A DNA stretch of 64,000 bases from Octopus bimaculoides (GCF_001194135.2 NC_068993.1:25625583-25689582), one strand, 5' to 3'. Shown: positions 1-12,560, numbered from the stretch's first letter. Numbers and translations: made by a program. The notes: generated from the sequence alone by a model not told the origin.

Positions 1-980
1 CAAAAGAATTATAACGATTAAAGCTGTTACATTTTCTGTTTTCTTTTTTCTTTTTTCCTAATTCACTTTTTCTTCACTGTTTGTGAGATCAGTAGTTCTG
101 AAGCCTTTACAGGTCAGTATTCTTGAACTTTGGGTCATTCCTTCATGCTTTATCAGTTGTGTCCATGCAATAGATTTTCTTTTACCACACAACACAACAA
201 CTCATCATCATGTCTAAATGTCTATTAATGCTCTTCACTGAAACCATTATTCAGAATGATATATGTGCCAATAACAACACAATAAAATTTAAAATAGCAA
301 TAATTCATTTGTAGTTATTTTTAAATATAATTGATGAATTTGACTCAATGGATCAACAGCTCTCTAAAGTCCTATGGTCATTAACATCAGTCTTAGATGC
401 TACAACCAAATATCTTCTGAGTAACTACTTCCTATTTTGATAAAATTTCATTGTGATAGACAAATGAAGCATGCTATTTTGTATCACAACGTCATAAGGA
501 CCTCTAATATGCACTTGTCAGTCAACACATCTTTAGTTTATTCCACCAACCTACACTGCTGGTATTATCTAACAGGATAATTGTTTTTACCAAACATTAG
601 TGTTTGCCTCTTTTTACTAGTTAACCATTCAATCATCTTTTGCAGCAATGATAGTTAAGACAAAATAATCATTACTTCTTGCAGAATAGGTACCATACTG
701 TTCAAAAAGTAATAAAGAGCAAAGCTTCCTTTCTAGATTCCTTCTACAATTCTCTGTTTTCTTAACTAAATATCAACCCAGTGTAATTCTTGAAATGACA
801 TTTAATTTTGGTAAATATTTCAACAGCATATTTTATATACACAAAATGATAGCAGAATCTAATTTTCTAAAGATTTTACATGAGAGAATACAATAGTAAT
901 ACGGGTCTTTTAGAAGTGAAGTTCCCAGTTTGATTTATTTTCAACATCTAAATAGGATGACTTTAGTAATATTAACTTAC

Positions 981-1106
981 CAGAACAGGAATATCCATTT
1001 GCTGCCAAGACATATTTCTCTGGTTCACACTCACAATGATGAGAGCCGATAGTGTTGATGCAGATTTGGGCACAGTTACCATTACTGCTAAGGCATTCAT
1101 TGACGT
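981..1106 (-). CDS. Internal exon F of an EGF-repeat extracellular protein: calcium-binding EGF-like domain (D)VNECLSSNGNCAQICINTIGSHHCECEPEKYVLAANGYSCS
   Basis: Manual translation. Acceptor TTTTTCATGTTTAG, donor GTAAGT, 126 nt, phase 1-1, D-V-N-E-C start and 6 Cys in EGF spacing. Not in the ORF track. Confidence 0.95.
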
Positions 1107-1163
1107 CTAAACATGAAAAATTACATGAAAATAATTATTTCTAGCATAGGTACAAAATAATTT

Positions 1164-1380
1164 AATACTGGTTTCAAATTCTGGCACAAGGCCAGCAACT
1201 TTAAGAATGGGGCTAAGTTGATTTCATTGACCCCAGTACTCAACTGGTATTTTATTGACCTTAAAAGGATAACAATCAAAGCTGACTTCAGTGGAATTTA
1301 AACTCAAAATGTAAAAACGGACAAGATGTCACTAATCATTTTGCCCAGCATGCTTATGATTCTGCCAGCTCACAGCCTTA
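1164..1380 (-). mobile_element. tRNA-like SINE, family A, diverged
   Basis: Matches the other family A copies in the window: head with A-box/B-box-like motifs and central GAGGTCGACTTTGCCTTTCATCCTTTC-like core. Confidence 0.8.
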
Positions 1381-1479
1381 CAAAATAATTCAATATTAAC
1401 AACAACAGTAATCAATGCCATCAGACATATGTAAAACACTTTACACAGTATTGCAACACAAGAAGGCTGTGATCATATC

Positions 1480-1985
1480 CTTCATTGACCCTTCAACACT
1501 GTTAATTTTTTCCCAAAAATGATTAAAAGTTGAAGGTTGCCAGAAAAACATGACTTGGCAGAGAATACCAGATAGCTGACATTTTAAGGAAAAAGAACTT
1601 GGAAAGGAGTTAAGGAGCTGACTCAAGGTGGGATGAACTCAATATTGGTGAGGAGAATAGGAGATAGAGCTGAGTCAGGAATGCCTGAGTGGTAGAGTGA
1701 GAAGAAACCTCTACATGTATTTGACTGGCACAATATAGCAGCTAGATTATATATGTCATACCACATACCAGCAACAATTCTCACAAAATTTTATACTGAG
1801 AATAGCAGTTAATGCAGAGGAGGGGAGGGGATGCAGCAGGGTTGATGTGAGGTGGAGAGATAAGTGGTTTGGGAATGCCTGAGTGGTGGAAGTACAAAAT
1901 CAGCTGGCTCCAAGAAAAAGAGATTATTATAGAAAGAAAAAAGGCAGAGTAGACAACATGTCTGCCAATTAATCAAGTGGCCTTT
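1480..1985 (-). mobile_element. Decayed CR1/L2-like LINE 3' fragment
   Basis: Broken minus-strand translation (..EPADFVLPPLRHS.., LNSFPSSFSL) is homologous to the 4130-4455 fragment and resembles the C-terminus of CR1/L2/Jockey-group ORF2. Confidence 0.45.
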
Positions 1986-2065
1986 CTCAGCAACACTGTT
2001 CTTGATACGGGAGTATTACTCTATTGTAAGACTTGTGAGAGCCTTGTAGAATGGTGACATAACTT

Positions 2066-2226
2066 CATCATCATCATCATCATTGTTTAACATCCATTTA
2101 ACATGCTGGAATGGGTTGAACAGTTTGACAGGAGATGGCCAACCAGGAGCTCTCCAGGCTCCAATCTGTTTCGGCATGGTCTCTATGGTGGATGCTCTCC
2201 CTAATGCCAACCACTTTACAGAATGT
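2066..2226 (-). mobile_element. Short retroposon (family C) sharing the RTE-like 3' tail and ending in (GAT)n
   Basis: GGATGC.CT.CCTAATGCCAACCACTTTAC and TGGGTTG.ACAGTTTGAC motifs are shared with the RTE 3' ends elsewhere in the window, adjacent to a (CAT)n tail. Confidence 0.65.
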
Positions 2227-2929
2227 GAGAATTTGCAGTAATACTGCTCCTACCGCAAACAAAAAAAAGAAATTCTAATTTTTTATTAAGCAGTTAAATA
2301 TCATGAAGCTTTTAAATTTATTCACTACCAATGAATAACACCATGATAGGATTGAAATGATGAGGGAAATTTAGTTTGGTTAATTGACCTGCTACAGATA
2401 GCAGGCAAATTTACTTTAAATTCTACCATTTTATCATCACAATAGAAGAATATAGAGGATAAATTAGTCTTAAATATAAGATAGCAAAACCAGGTAGGGT
2501 GGTCATGGTTGGAATAAGACAAAAATGATCAAAGAGCAAAATACCTATGGGACACACCTAATCATTCAGCTGACTGCATCAATATGGCATAAATGTGTTT
2601 CACTAGAAAACCCCAAAACAATGGAATAACAGTGGTGACTTTCACCAAAGGCTGTTATTTATAGAAGGTCAAGCAATCCTACAGACTCCCCTTCATTGTC
2701 TTTGTCCTTTTATGCTGTAATCTATTGACATTAGATAAATTCTTGAAAGCTCTACAATTGTCATCCATCTTCTTTATGAAAAGCTCTTAGACGCAATTTT
2801 ATTGATGGCATCATTGCAAAATATTTTTTATTGTCAAATTTACATACAAAGTAGTCATCTTTTATTTGTTTCCAAGACTGATTATTCCTTATATATCACA
2901 TGGTTCTGTGATCCTGTGAGATTTTTACA

Positions 2930-3043
2930 AGAAAAAAAAAAGAAAAAGAAGAAGAAGAAGAAGAAGAAGAAGAAGAAGAAGAAGAAGAAGAAGAAGAAGA
3001 AGAAGAAGAAGAAGAAGAACAAGAAGAACAACAACAACAACGA
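2930..3043. repeat. A-run then (GAA)n then (CAA)n compound microsatellite
   Basis: Directly visible. Confidence 0.97.
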
Positions 3044-3062
3044 ATAGTAAAGTGCTTATTAC

Positions 3063-3185
3063 CAGTGCAGTTCTTCTTATTTTCTGTTAGTTGGTATCCT
3101 TTGGGACAGGAACAGTGAACAGAGCCAGGAGTATTGTGACATTTGTGTTCACAGGCAAAATAATTGTTCTCACATTCATCAATGT
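3063..3185 (-). CDS. Internal exon E: calcium-binding EGF-like domain (D)IDECENNYFACEHKCHNTPGSVHCSCPKGYQLTENKKNCT
   Basis: Acceptor TTTTCTCCACAG, donor GTAATA, 123 nt, phase 1-1, 6 Cys in EGF spacing. Not in the ORF track. Confidence 0.95.
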
Positions 3186-3572
3186 CTGTGGAGAAAATGA
3201 CAAATGATAAATGGTAAACACTTCAATATTTCCAACAAAGTTACTAACAGACCCATTCCTGAAGAATTTCTGAAAGATATTATTCTGAGGGGCAAGTATT
3301 GGACAATTTAGTACAGAATGTGGCAAGTGTGATATTTAAGTAATCTGAAGAAAGAAAGGGATAATTGCATCATGTGTGTATGTGTGTAGGTGAGGCCAGT
3401 TCATAGTTTGCTAGTTTAGCATTTAAACTGGCCATATTCTAAATGTTTTATGTTCAAATTGACCAGATCCAACCTCTCACACCTGCCCTACAAAGTTATT
3501 CGAAAAATAAACAATCACATCAATGAAATCTCAAAGCAGGATTAATTCAAAACAATGTGAATAAATAAGCAT

Positions 3573-3793
3573 TATGAAGGAGTGCTGAAAATTTCTTGGC
3601 TTTAAAGGTATGGTGAAAGGCTTGGTTGGAGACCCAACCTTCTGAGTTCTTTTACAGGGCTTGGAGAAGCTGACGGACTGCTGCAATAATTGTTTGAATC
3701 TGAGAGGAGGATATGCTGAATAAAATCATAATTAACTGATTGTCCTGTATTTTCTTTTACCCAAAGCCAGGAACTTTTCAGTATCACCTCGTA
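3573..3793 (+). mobile_element. Mariner-derived MITE (about 220 bp)
   Basis: Imperfect TIRs tatgaaggagtgctgaaaatttcttggcttt / aaagccaggaacttttcagtatcacctcgta with TA ends. A second copy lies at 17444-17662. Confidence 0.8.
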
Positions 3794-4129
3794 CATTTTA
3801 CAGAGTAATCTGAATGCTGAAGGGTTAATGGAACTGGAGCCATTATTGTTGTGACATCGGAATGGATAAAGATGTTGCATACTTGTGAATCAATGGTTGT
3901 AGTGTGTTGCTGAGTAAGCACTTGTCTGTTACGAGATAACCTCCAGACAGATTTGTTATGTATTGTACAGCTATACCATTCTAACAGGACTCAACAACTG
4001 AATTTTGTTTATTCTTTTCTACTGACTACAATACACACCACTACAGTAGGAGCATACACCCAAGCCACAGTCTCAATTACTCACTTTATAACATTACAGT
4101 CTATCTAATATAGTCACAACCTATAGACT

Positions 4130-4455
4130 GCATCATACGGCAGGCATAAAGAGAGGTTTTACATTGTTATATTTCCATTGCTTACAAAAGATTCGGTTCT
4201 TCAAGATTGTCAATGTTTTCCAAGAATAGTAACTAGTTGATGGCTGTCAGAAAAACATTTGCAGGTATAAAATTCCATATGGTTGACATTCTAGGGAGGA
4301 AAAATTGGGTAAAAGAGATAATGAGGTGTTTCAAGGTGAGATGAGAGCAGGAGAAACAGGTAAGTCAGGAATACCTGAGTAGTGGTATGAGACCAATCAG
4401 CTCTGGCGAAAGGTCACAATGTCACTGTAGTTGTCTGACCTTCTCAGTATAGTAG
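4130..4455 (-). mobile_element. Decayed CR1/L2-like LINE 3' end
   Basis: Minus translation SPELIGLIPLLRYS*LTCFS..FLPRMSTIWNFIPANVF resembles the ..FFPRTS.LWNSLP.. C-terminal motif of this LINE group. Confidence 0.6.
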
Positions 4456-4675
4456 CTAATTTATTTCTGCATCACAATCTTTGAACAACAACAGCATTTG
4501 TTACAGGTTTCTGTTGGGTCATTTACAGGTTCACTGCATTTCTGATGGGGAAAATGACAAGGGCCTGTCACTAGTTTTTCCATTTTTCATCACTATACAT
4601 TAACAAAATGTATACACACCCATACAACCACACACATACAGATATGTGTTTATATGATGCATGTGCATATAATGT

Positions 4676-5010
4676 CATCATCTTCATCATAATGTAATAT
4701 CCATCTTCCATGCTAGTATGTGTTGGGTGGTTTGACAGGAAGACTGCATTAAGCTCTAATGTCTGTGTTGTCATAATTGCAACAGCTGGCTGCCCTTCCT
4801 AATGCCAACTATTTAACACAATTAAATGACACTAATAATAGTGAGGTTGCCAAGTAACTTGCAAGACAAAGAAAAAGTCACTTGAAATGAGTGGGGTTGT
4901 AGCAGAGAGGGGGGAGGGGTTATGCCAGATGTTGAGAAACTAAAGTATGATAGAGGAACAGGTATAGGTGTCTTGCTGTAGAAGACATACATGGTTACTT
5001 CACATTATTC
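4676..5010 (-). mobile_element. Family C retroposon, longer copy
   Basis: Tail homologous to 2066-2226. Internal block TACATGGTTACT..CATTAT is shared with 45680-46080. Confidence 0.55.
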
Positions 5011-5714
5011 AAGGGTGAGTGGGAGTAACTGGAAAGATAAAAATGGAAGTGACAAGGTATCAGAGCAAACTGATGGTACTGGAAGAGAATAGGGAAGGAT
5101 GGGAGGGTAGGTTTATAAGGGTGTGAGAAGAGAGTGATATGCATTTAGTGGTGGAAGTAGATATGAATGTGGTGAATGATGAACAAGGGTGGAGGGGTGA
5201 TTGATGGGAAATATCAGTATGGGGGAAGAAGGTGAAAGAAATAGGAGTGGATATGGAAGGAGAAGGTGATAAGTGACTGTAGAGAATGAATGAGGAGTAG
5301 CTGCATAATAAACTTGTAGATAGATAAAAGAAATATAGAGAGACAATGTATAAAGTAGAAGTGTGTGTGAGCAAGTGTGAGGGAGAGAGAAAGAGGGAGA
5401 GAGCTACAGTAACAGAGGTGGAGATCAGAGGTACATAGGGGTGGTTACAGTGAGTAAAAGGATGGCAACCTCAGAAAATATGTGAGGTTATTGAGATTGA
5501 TAGTAGATATGAAAGGGTGCTAAAGAAACTGATTGATAACATACATACATACATACATATATATGTATGTATACATATATACATTTGTTCTTTCATTTGT
5601 GTGTTTTAATAGCTAGTACATTTTGCAAAGTTTAAGGAAGACACAGGCAGATAAACAGATGTTGAACCTATACATCCATACACAAGCACACATAAATATA
5701 TACATATATCTAAA

Positions 5715-6460
5715 TATAGGCTGTTTGGGCTAAATTTCACATATTTTATGTCTCTGTTCTTCAGGAAAAACTTGAAGTTTGGTGAACAGTCAATGGCATT
5801 GGATAGCATAAAGATTGAAGTGGTTGAGAAAAATTTAGCTGATATGGAGGACTAGAAGTCATCTTAAAATTGGAAAAGAGCTACCTGTATCATGATGATT
5901 CATTACAGGTATCAAAACGCCAGCATCATGACTACTGCTCAAGGCTATAAGCTTGATATAGACAGCCACAGCAGAGACTACAAGGTTGTGGCCTGTAGGA
6001 AGGGACACAGCTGACGTTTTGACTACATCCAGACAGTGGGATCCATCTCCAAATCTTTAAACAGGGACTTAGACTCAATTCAGACAGCTATGTGAAGCTC
6101 CTGGATCCTGTGGTCAATCCCTGACCAGAGAAGGTTGCAGCTGGAGGGCCATATATTGGGTACAGGATTTGATTCCATGTCTTGTAACTCCAGAAAGTGC
6201 CACAAGTGGTTGTTGGAGAATTTCTACATTTTCAGCAACCCCAATTTCTGGCCTCCTAATTCCCCCAATTGTAATCCCATGTGTAGGACATGGTTGAGAA
6301 AGACACCAACTACTACACCAAAGCTGAGTTGGTGGCCAAGATCAAGGAGGGTTTTGAAGACCTCTGTAGTGACACAGTGAGCAATGCATGCTCCAGGTTT
6401 CAGATGGGATTTTGTTTCCTTTTCTTTTTATGCAAACTGTCAAATTTAGCCTAAGCACCT

Positions 6461-6464
<4 letters not shown>
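5715..6464 (+). mobile_element. Internally deleted Tc1/mariner element with transposase C-terminal relic
   Basis: TIR-like ends tataggctgtttgggctaaatttcaca / tgtcaaatttagcctaagcaccttgta. Frameshifted translation IFKQGLRLNSDSYVKLL..WLLENFYIFSNPNFWPPNSPNCNPM..KAELVAKIKEGFEDL..NACSRF carries the WPPNSPDLNP-type motif. Confidence 0.85.
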
Positions 6465-6496
<32 letters not shown>

Positions 6497-7159
6497 ACAA
6501 GCTTCTGCACAGTTCCTGTGTTATTACTCGATCTGAGATTATGGTTAGGAGCACTTTGCATGAGGTGCAATGCAGTCGGATTGAACCCAAAAACATATGA
6601 TTGTGATGCAAAAACCCTAGCTCCATCTCCATTCCTGTGTCCATAGAACTTACTCACAATAAAATGCTGTCTTTAAAACTATGATTTGCACATTTTTAAG
6701 TCCTGAATTCTAGAAGAAGATGTCCCAAATTAGAGAAAAGTTGATGACCACAGTTACAATGGTGACTGATTATTAAAACTCAAACCCGAACTGAGATCCT
6801 GTGGACATCTTGTATCAGGACATTGGGAGTTTTGAATTTAAGTGTTTGTCCTTTCATGTTTTGTCAGTTATCACCATGATATAGATTTTCTTTTCAATTA
6901 GCAGAAATTCAGTATAATGACAGGAACTGATGAGCAACCTTAATTACTCACCACACCACCGCAATTCACATCAATATAAACCCAGCCTATAGCTTCATTC
7001 ATTAGTGAATGTCTACCTGTAGTTGTCAACAAAGATTTTAAGCACAACAACATCAACTAAGAAAAGGAATGTAAAACATTCCTACTCTTTTATCAACAGC
7101 ATAGACAACTAAGGGTGATGGGTAAAAAGGGGTTTTAGTGCAATTGCTGTGATGAAGTT

Positions 7160-7194
7160 GGTGGTGGTGGTAGTAGTAGTAGTAGAAGTAGTAT

Positions 7195-7264
<70 letters not shown>

Positions 7265-7285
7265 TGCAGCAGCAGCAGCAGCAGT
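7160..7285. repeat. (GGT)n/(TAG)n/(GCA)n compound trinucleotide microsatellite
   Basis: Directly visible. Confidence 0.95.
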
Positions 7286-7544
7286 GGAGATGGTGGTCAA
7301 ACTTATGTTTTCTAGTAGTTACAGCAACAACTGAAATAGTAGTAGTAGTAGTGGTAGTTGTTGTTAAACTGTCATGTTTTCTTATAAAAATGATAAATTA
7401 AATGGGAAGTTGTCATTGAGTAATAATTGTCTGATTAATTATAGCAATTAACTTATTAAAGGAATTGAAAATTATGGATTTGCAGTTTTTTTTCGTTTTT
7501 TTTATTTTATGAAAGGTGGGGTTGAAATTTGTTTTTAAATACCT

Positions 7545-7551
7545 AACACAA

Positions 7552-7582
<31 letters not shown>

Positions 7583-7711
7583 GAATTGTTATCAATGTCA
7601 TTCACATCATAATCAGGGTTTTCATCAACATTACAATTACCATCACTCTCATTGTCATCATTGTCACTACTGGTGCAAATATTCCGTCATCATAATCATC
7701 ATCTTTGTCAC

Positions 7712-7782
<71 letters not shown>

Positions 7783-8280
7783 CTACTCTTGAAATTTCTG
7801 CTATTTCAGAAGCTGATGCTGATGATGATGAAAATCATCTTCATTATTAACACTTCCATCATCATCCTTTTCATTGTTGTTGTTATTGCTGATATTGTGA
7901 TCATTCGATTTATCATCTTCATGATTATTACTTTCATCCTTCTTATCATCCCAGCTACCAACAATAACAACATCACCACTACCACCACCACCACCTTTTT
8001 TATCGTTATCACTGATGTTGTTGTCATCTTCATTATGATCACTGTCATCATCATTGGCATTGTTGTTGTTGTCATTGTTATCACCATCATCATCATTGTT
8101 GGCAGCATTAACATTAGCATCGTCATCATTCTCTTCTTCATCACTATCATCAACCTCATCCCCATCTTCTTCATCACCATCATCACCACCTTCATTGTTT
8201 TCATCATCACTAACATTATCACCATCATCATCATCACCATCATTATTATCACCATCTATATCATCATCATCATCATGCTA
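7545..8280. repeat. Long degenerate (CAT)n-derived low-complexity tract
   Basis: Pure (CAT)n cores at about 7553-7581 and 7712-7780 embedded in ATC/ATT/ACC triplet variants. Confidence 0.9.
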
Positions 8281-9358
8281 CTATGGTTGATACTGGTGAA
8301 ATACATAAACATTTTTCATCTCTTTCCAAAAAACTTTATCATATTTTTATCTTTCTTACTCACTGCATCTTTAATTTTAATGAAAATTTATATATATTTT
8401 TTGGTTTCCTATTGAAAGAAAAACGTTTTCTTGTATTTTTAATGAAATAAATTACTTTTGATGTTGAGCAAAATCTGAACAAAAATTAGAACCATTGTCA
8501 CCACTGCTACTGCCACCACTACGACTACTACTTCTGCCACACCACCACCACCACCACCACCACCACTACTACTATCAATACCACATTTACTACCACCACC
8601 CCTACTATTACTCCATTACTACTCCTATTACCACCACACCCTCAACACTTTAACCAACCCCACAGCTTCCACCCCCCTTCTCCTCCCTGCACTGCCACCC
8701 TACCCTCATCATCACCACTATGACCAGTACCACTACTCTGATACCACTTCTTAAAACAGCCATATCTGGAGGTCTGATCAAAATACTTTATTTCAAATGT
8801 GATTTGGCTTGAATTCCCCTCCCTCTTCTTGCTCCCCAACCCCATCAGTTTTCCTTCACAAATTATATTTCAAATATCTAATCAAATTATCTTTGTAACC
8901 CTCTCCAACCAACTTCCTCCCCACCCCTACCTCATGTACCCTTCTACTATTTAAGTATACCGTCCCTTCATTGGGTCATGTGACATATTGCCTTAGAGAT
9001 TTGAAGGAGACTTTTTGTAAATGTTTGCTAGAGGCACAAATAGTGCTGCTTTCACCTCAAGATGCATTCAGCAATAGCATATCCAGACTGTCGGTCTGGG
9101 TCACAGGAACCAGCAAAACCCAACAGTTGCACCCTCACATGTGCACTCTACCCAAGCTTCTGCCCAGAAAAGTTTACTCCCTAAAACAATCCACATCTGT
9201 TGTGTTTGATGTCCCAACGAAGAAAGAGGTTGTTCAAAGACCCAGCTTCTTGATGTGACATCACATCCCCCTGCTTCCAGTCCCATCATCACTCTTCCCT
9301 CATCGCCTCCCTGATCAGGTATGAACAGATTGGATGGCAAGTATGCCCAACACACTCT

Positions 9359-9569
9359 TTTCTACTCTAGACACAAGGTCTGAAATTTTGTGGGAGGGGC
9401 CCAGTCGATTAGATTGACCCCAGTATGCAACTGGTGCTTAGTTTATCGACCCCGAAAGGATGAAAGGCAAAGTCGACCTCGGCGGAGTTTGAACTCAAAA
9501 CATAAAGACAGACAAAATACCGCTAAGCATTTTGACTGGCATGCTAACGTTTCTGCCAGTTCGTCACCT
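9359..9569 (-). mobile_element. tRNA-like SINE family A, full length, with perfect 17-bp TSD
   Basis: TSD tatgcccaacacactct at 9342-9358 and 9570-9586. Head has A-box/B-box-like motifs (GAGTTCAAACTCC). Confidence 0.92.
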
Positions 9570-9598
9570 TATGCCCAACACACTCTGATACAGCACTA

Positions 9599-10504
9599 TA
9601 CGAGGTGGTATCAAAAAGTTCTGGGACTCGTTCTGTAGCACACCAACAGATGGCAGCACATGGTTGTGTGCACAGTGAGAGCTAGCAGTGACCTTCATGA
9701 GACAGTGTGCCAAGTGACATTGCAGTGTTTACTTTGCAAGTTGTGAAATTTGTGTTTTTGTGATGCATATGCTGTAGTTTGTAATTTCTGTCATAGACTG
9801 AAAGTTGCAACAAAGAGTCATCTTGAAATTTTGCGTTAAACTTGGGAAGTCTGCTACAGAGACATTATGCATGTTTTGGCAAGCTTACAGTGACAAGGCA
9901 ATGGGTTGTATACAATGTTTCAGGTAGCACAAGCACTTCAAAAGTGGAAGAATATCCCTGGAAAACAATGAGCGATGTGGAAGACCTGCTATGAACATCA
10001 CCCCCGGAAATGTGGAGAAAATTCATCATCTTATGCATAAAGATCATCATCAATGATATTTTGAAGCACTTGAGGGAGGACATTTGGCAAAAGCAACTGA
10101 ATCTGTGGGGCACAAGGAATTCGATTCATCATGACAACAATGCACCTTGTCATTGAGCACTCCTCACTTGTGAGTTTCTTGCCAAAAACAATATGGTAAC
10201 ACCTCTGCACCTTCCGTATTCACCAGATTTAGCACCTGTAGACTTTCATCCCTTCCCCAAGATAAAAATGCAACTCAAAAGTCACTTCTTTTTTATACCG
10301 TTGTCAAAATACAGAGTGAATCACAGAATGTCCTCGACTCACTCACAGAAAACGACTTCCAAGCCAAAAGTGGCAGGAATGCTGGGACCGGTGGTATTGC
10401 TTTGTAAGGTGACTATTTTGAAGGAAATGATGTTAAAACTTAGATAAATATGTTATTTTTTATTAAGCACAACTAGTCTTGGAACATTTTGATACCACGT
10501 TGCA
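9599..10504 (+). mobile_element. Internally deleted mariner element, transposase pseudogene
   Basis: TIRs tacgaggtggtatcaaaaagttctgggact / agtcttggaacattttgataccacg. N-terminal HTH relic QRVILKFCVKLGKSATETL..CFR*HKHFKSG..GRP and C-terminal HDNNAPCH..HLPYSPDLAP.DF..FPKIK. Confidence 0.9.
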
Positions 10505-10928
10505 AGCAACACTATAAACAGCTATGGCTATTTTGGTCAGTTGTTGTTGCTGTTTAGAGCTAATTCAGCCTTTAATGAACTGAGTTGGAATCAAAGGTTT
10601 GTGAATACCCTATCTTTTCTTTGGACATTATCTGTGGCATTTTCTGTGACATTTGGACATTTTCGTTTCTGTCAACAACCTATTTATTTCTATCTTAGTC
10701 AGATTCTATCTAGTTCTACATATCCTAATGTGTCCATACTTTATGAAGGTCTTTTGTAATTTTGCTAAGACTTAGCAGGTTGTGTGACCACTTGGAGGCT
10801 TCCTTCCTGGCACAGTAGTGGTCAGTCATCAAAAATAATATCATACTCACAGATTTATCTAAAAGAAAAACAAGAAAGAAGTAAAAGGAAAAGAGCTTAA
10901 ATCAAAACAAATTCTAAAATGTACTTAC

Positions 10929-11084
10929 CTTCACATGGAATGTTGTCAGGTGGACTGCCTCGGTAACCTTCATTACAGAAGCAATCATTAATTGAGGTTT
11001 TCAATGGACCATCAGTGTGAGAGGAGTTGGGACAGTGAACACAGATAACATCAGTCTTTGAACGGTATGTGTTCTGCAGGCAAC
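10929..11084 (-). CDS. Internal exon D: ephrin-receptor-like (GCC2/GCC3-type) Cys-rich module (G)CLQNTYRSKTDVICVHCPNSSHTDGPLKTSINDCFCNEGYRGSPPDNIPCE
   Basis: Acceptor TTCTTCAG, donor GTAAGT, 156 nt, phase 1-1, open frame. Pattern C..NTY...C..CP..S.T......S..DC.C..GY.G...C resembles the SVEP1/SCUBE-type Cys-rich repeat. It joins exon E as CE-D-IDEC. Confidence 0.9.
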
Positions 11085-11243
11085 CTGAAGAATTATTGTA
11101 AAAAGGAATCAGTAAATATCAACCATCTCATGTCTAATATTTTCTGAGATATAAATGTTAGTAGAGAAGGAACAGAAAGAAAAAAGAGGGAGAAAGACAG
11201 ACAATGTGAACAACGACACCTTTATTAGAATGGGCTTTGACTT

Positions 11244-11294
<51 letters not shown>

Positions 11295-11361
11295 TTAAAC
11301 ATTTTATATTGTCTATTTGGATGTTTTGCGTTCTTGTCCCATTTTGTATTTTTATATATAT

Positions 11362-11755
11362 NNNNNNNNNNNNNNNNNNNNNNNNNNNNNNNNNNNNNNN
11401 NNNNNNNNNNNNNNNNNNNNNNNNNNNNNNNNNNNNNNNNNNNNNNNNNNNNNNNNNNNNNNNNNNNNNNNNNNNNNNNNNNNNNNNNNNNNNNNNNNNN
11501 NNNNNNNNNNNNNNNNNNNNNNNNNNNNNNNNNNNNNNNNNNNNNNNNNNNNNNNNNNNNNNNNNNNNNNNNNNNNNNNNNNNNNNNNNNNNNNNNNNNN
11601 NNNNNNNNNNNNNNNNNNNNNNNNNNNNNNNNNNNNNNNNNNNNNNNNNNNNNNNNNNNNNNNNNNNNNNNNNNNNNNNNNNNNNNNNNNNNNNNNNNNN
11701 NNNNNNNNNNNNNNNNNNNNNNNNNNNNNNNNNNNNNNNNNNNNNNNNNNNNNNN
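11362..11755. other. Assembly gap (N run)
   Basis: N bases flanked by (TA)n. Confidence 1.
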
Positions 11756-11787
<32 letters not shown>

Positions 11788-12139
11788 CTTTTCCTTTCTA
11801 CTATAGGCAAAAGGCCTTATATACATATATACATATATATATGTATATATATATATCCTTTTCCTTTCTACTATAGATAAATATGTTATTTTTTATTAAA
11901 CATAACTAGTCTGGGAGCATTTTGATGATACAACCTTGCAAGCAACACTATAAGCAGCTATGGCTATTGTGGTCAGTTGTTGTTGCTGTTTAGTGCTTAT
12001 AGTGTGGTAAGAGACCCTGTGAGATCTCTGGCTGCAGGATGCTGTCCATTCTCCAAGAATCTACCAGAACAAACAAGACTGAAGATTCTGAGAAGTAAAA
12101 TAATATATATATATATATATATACATACATGCACACATA

Positions 12140-12195
12140 TATATAGACAGACAGCTAGATAGATAGATAGATAAATAGATAGGTAGGTAGGTAGT

Positions 12196-12266
<71 letters not shown>

Positions 12267-12481
12267 CTTATAATGTGTGGTAAGAGACCCTGTGAGACAT
12301 CTGGCTGTAGGCTGCTGTCCACTCTCCAAGAATCTACCAGAACAAACAAGTCTGAACATTCTGAGAAGTAAAACAACAACAATATATATATAATATATAA
12401 TATATATATTGTAGATTCTTGGAGAGTGGACAGCAGCCTGCAGCCAGAGGTCTCACAGGGTCTTTTACCACACATTATAAG

Positions 12482-12560
<79 letters not shown>

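Noticed and set aside
6952-7016. Possible 65-nt minus-strand exon (RHSLMNEAIGWVYIDVNCGGV) with a strong GTGAGT donor
   Set aside because: Weak polypyrimidine tract, phase 1-0 would break the frame without a partner exon, and exons D and E already join perfectly as CE-D-IDEC.
7705-8415. 236-aa hydrophobic ORF and similar poly-Ile/Met/His/YI/CV ORFs throughout the track
   Set aside because: Translations of microsatellites and low-complexity tracts with no domain content.
9500-9569. SINE heads with A-box/B-box motifs as tRNA genes
   Set aside because: They do not form a cloverleaf I can support and are attached to SINE bodies, with TSDs in some copies.
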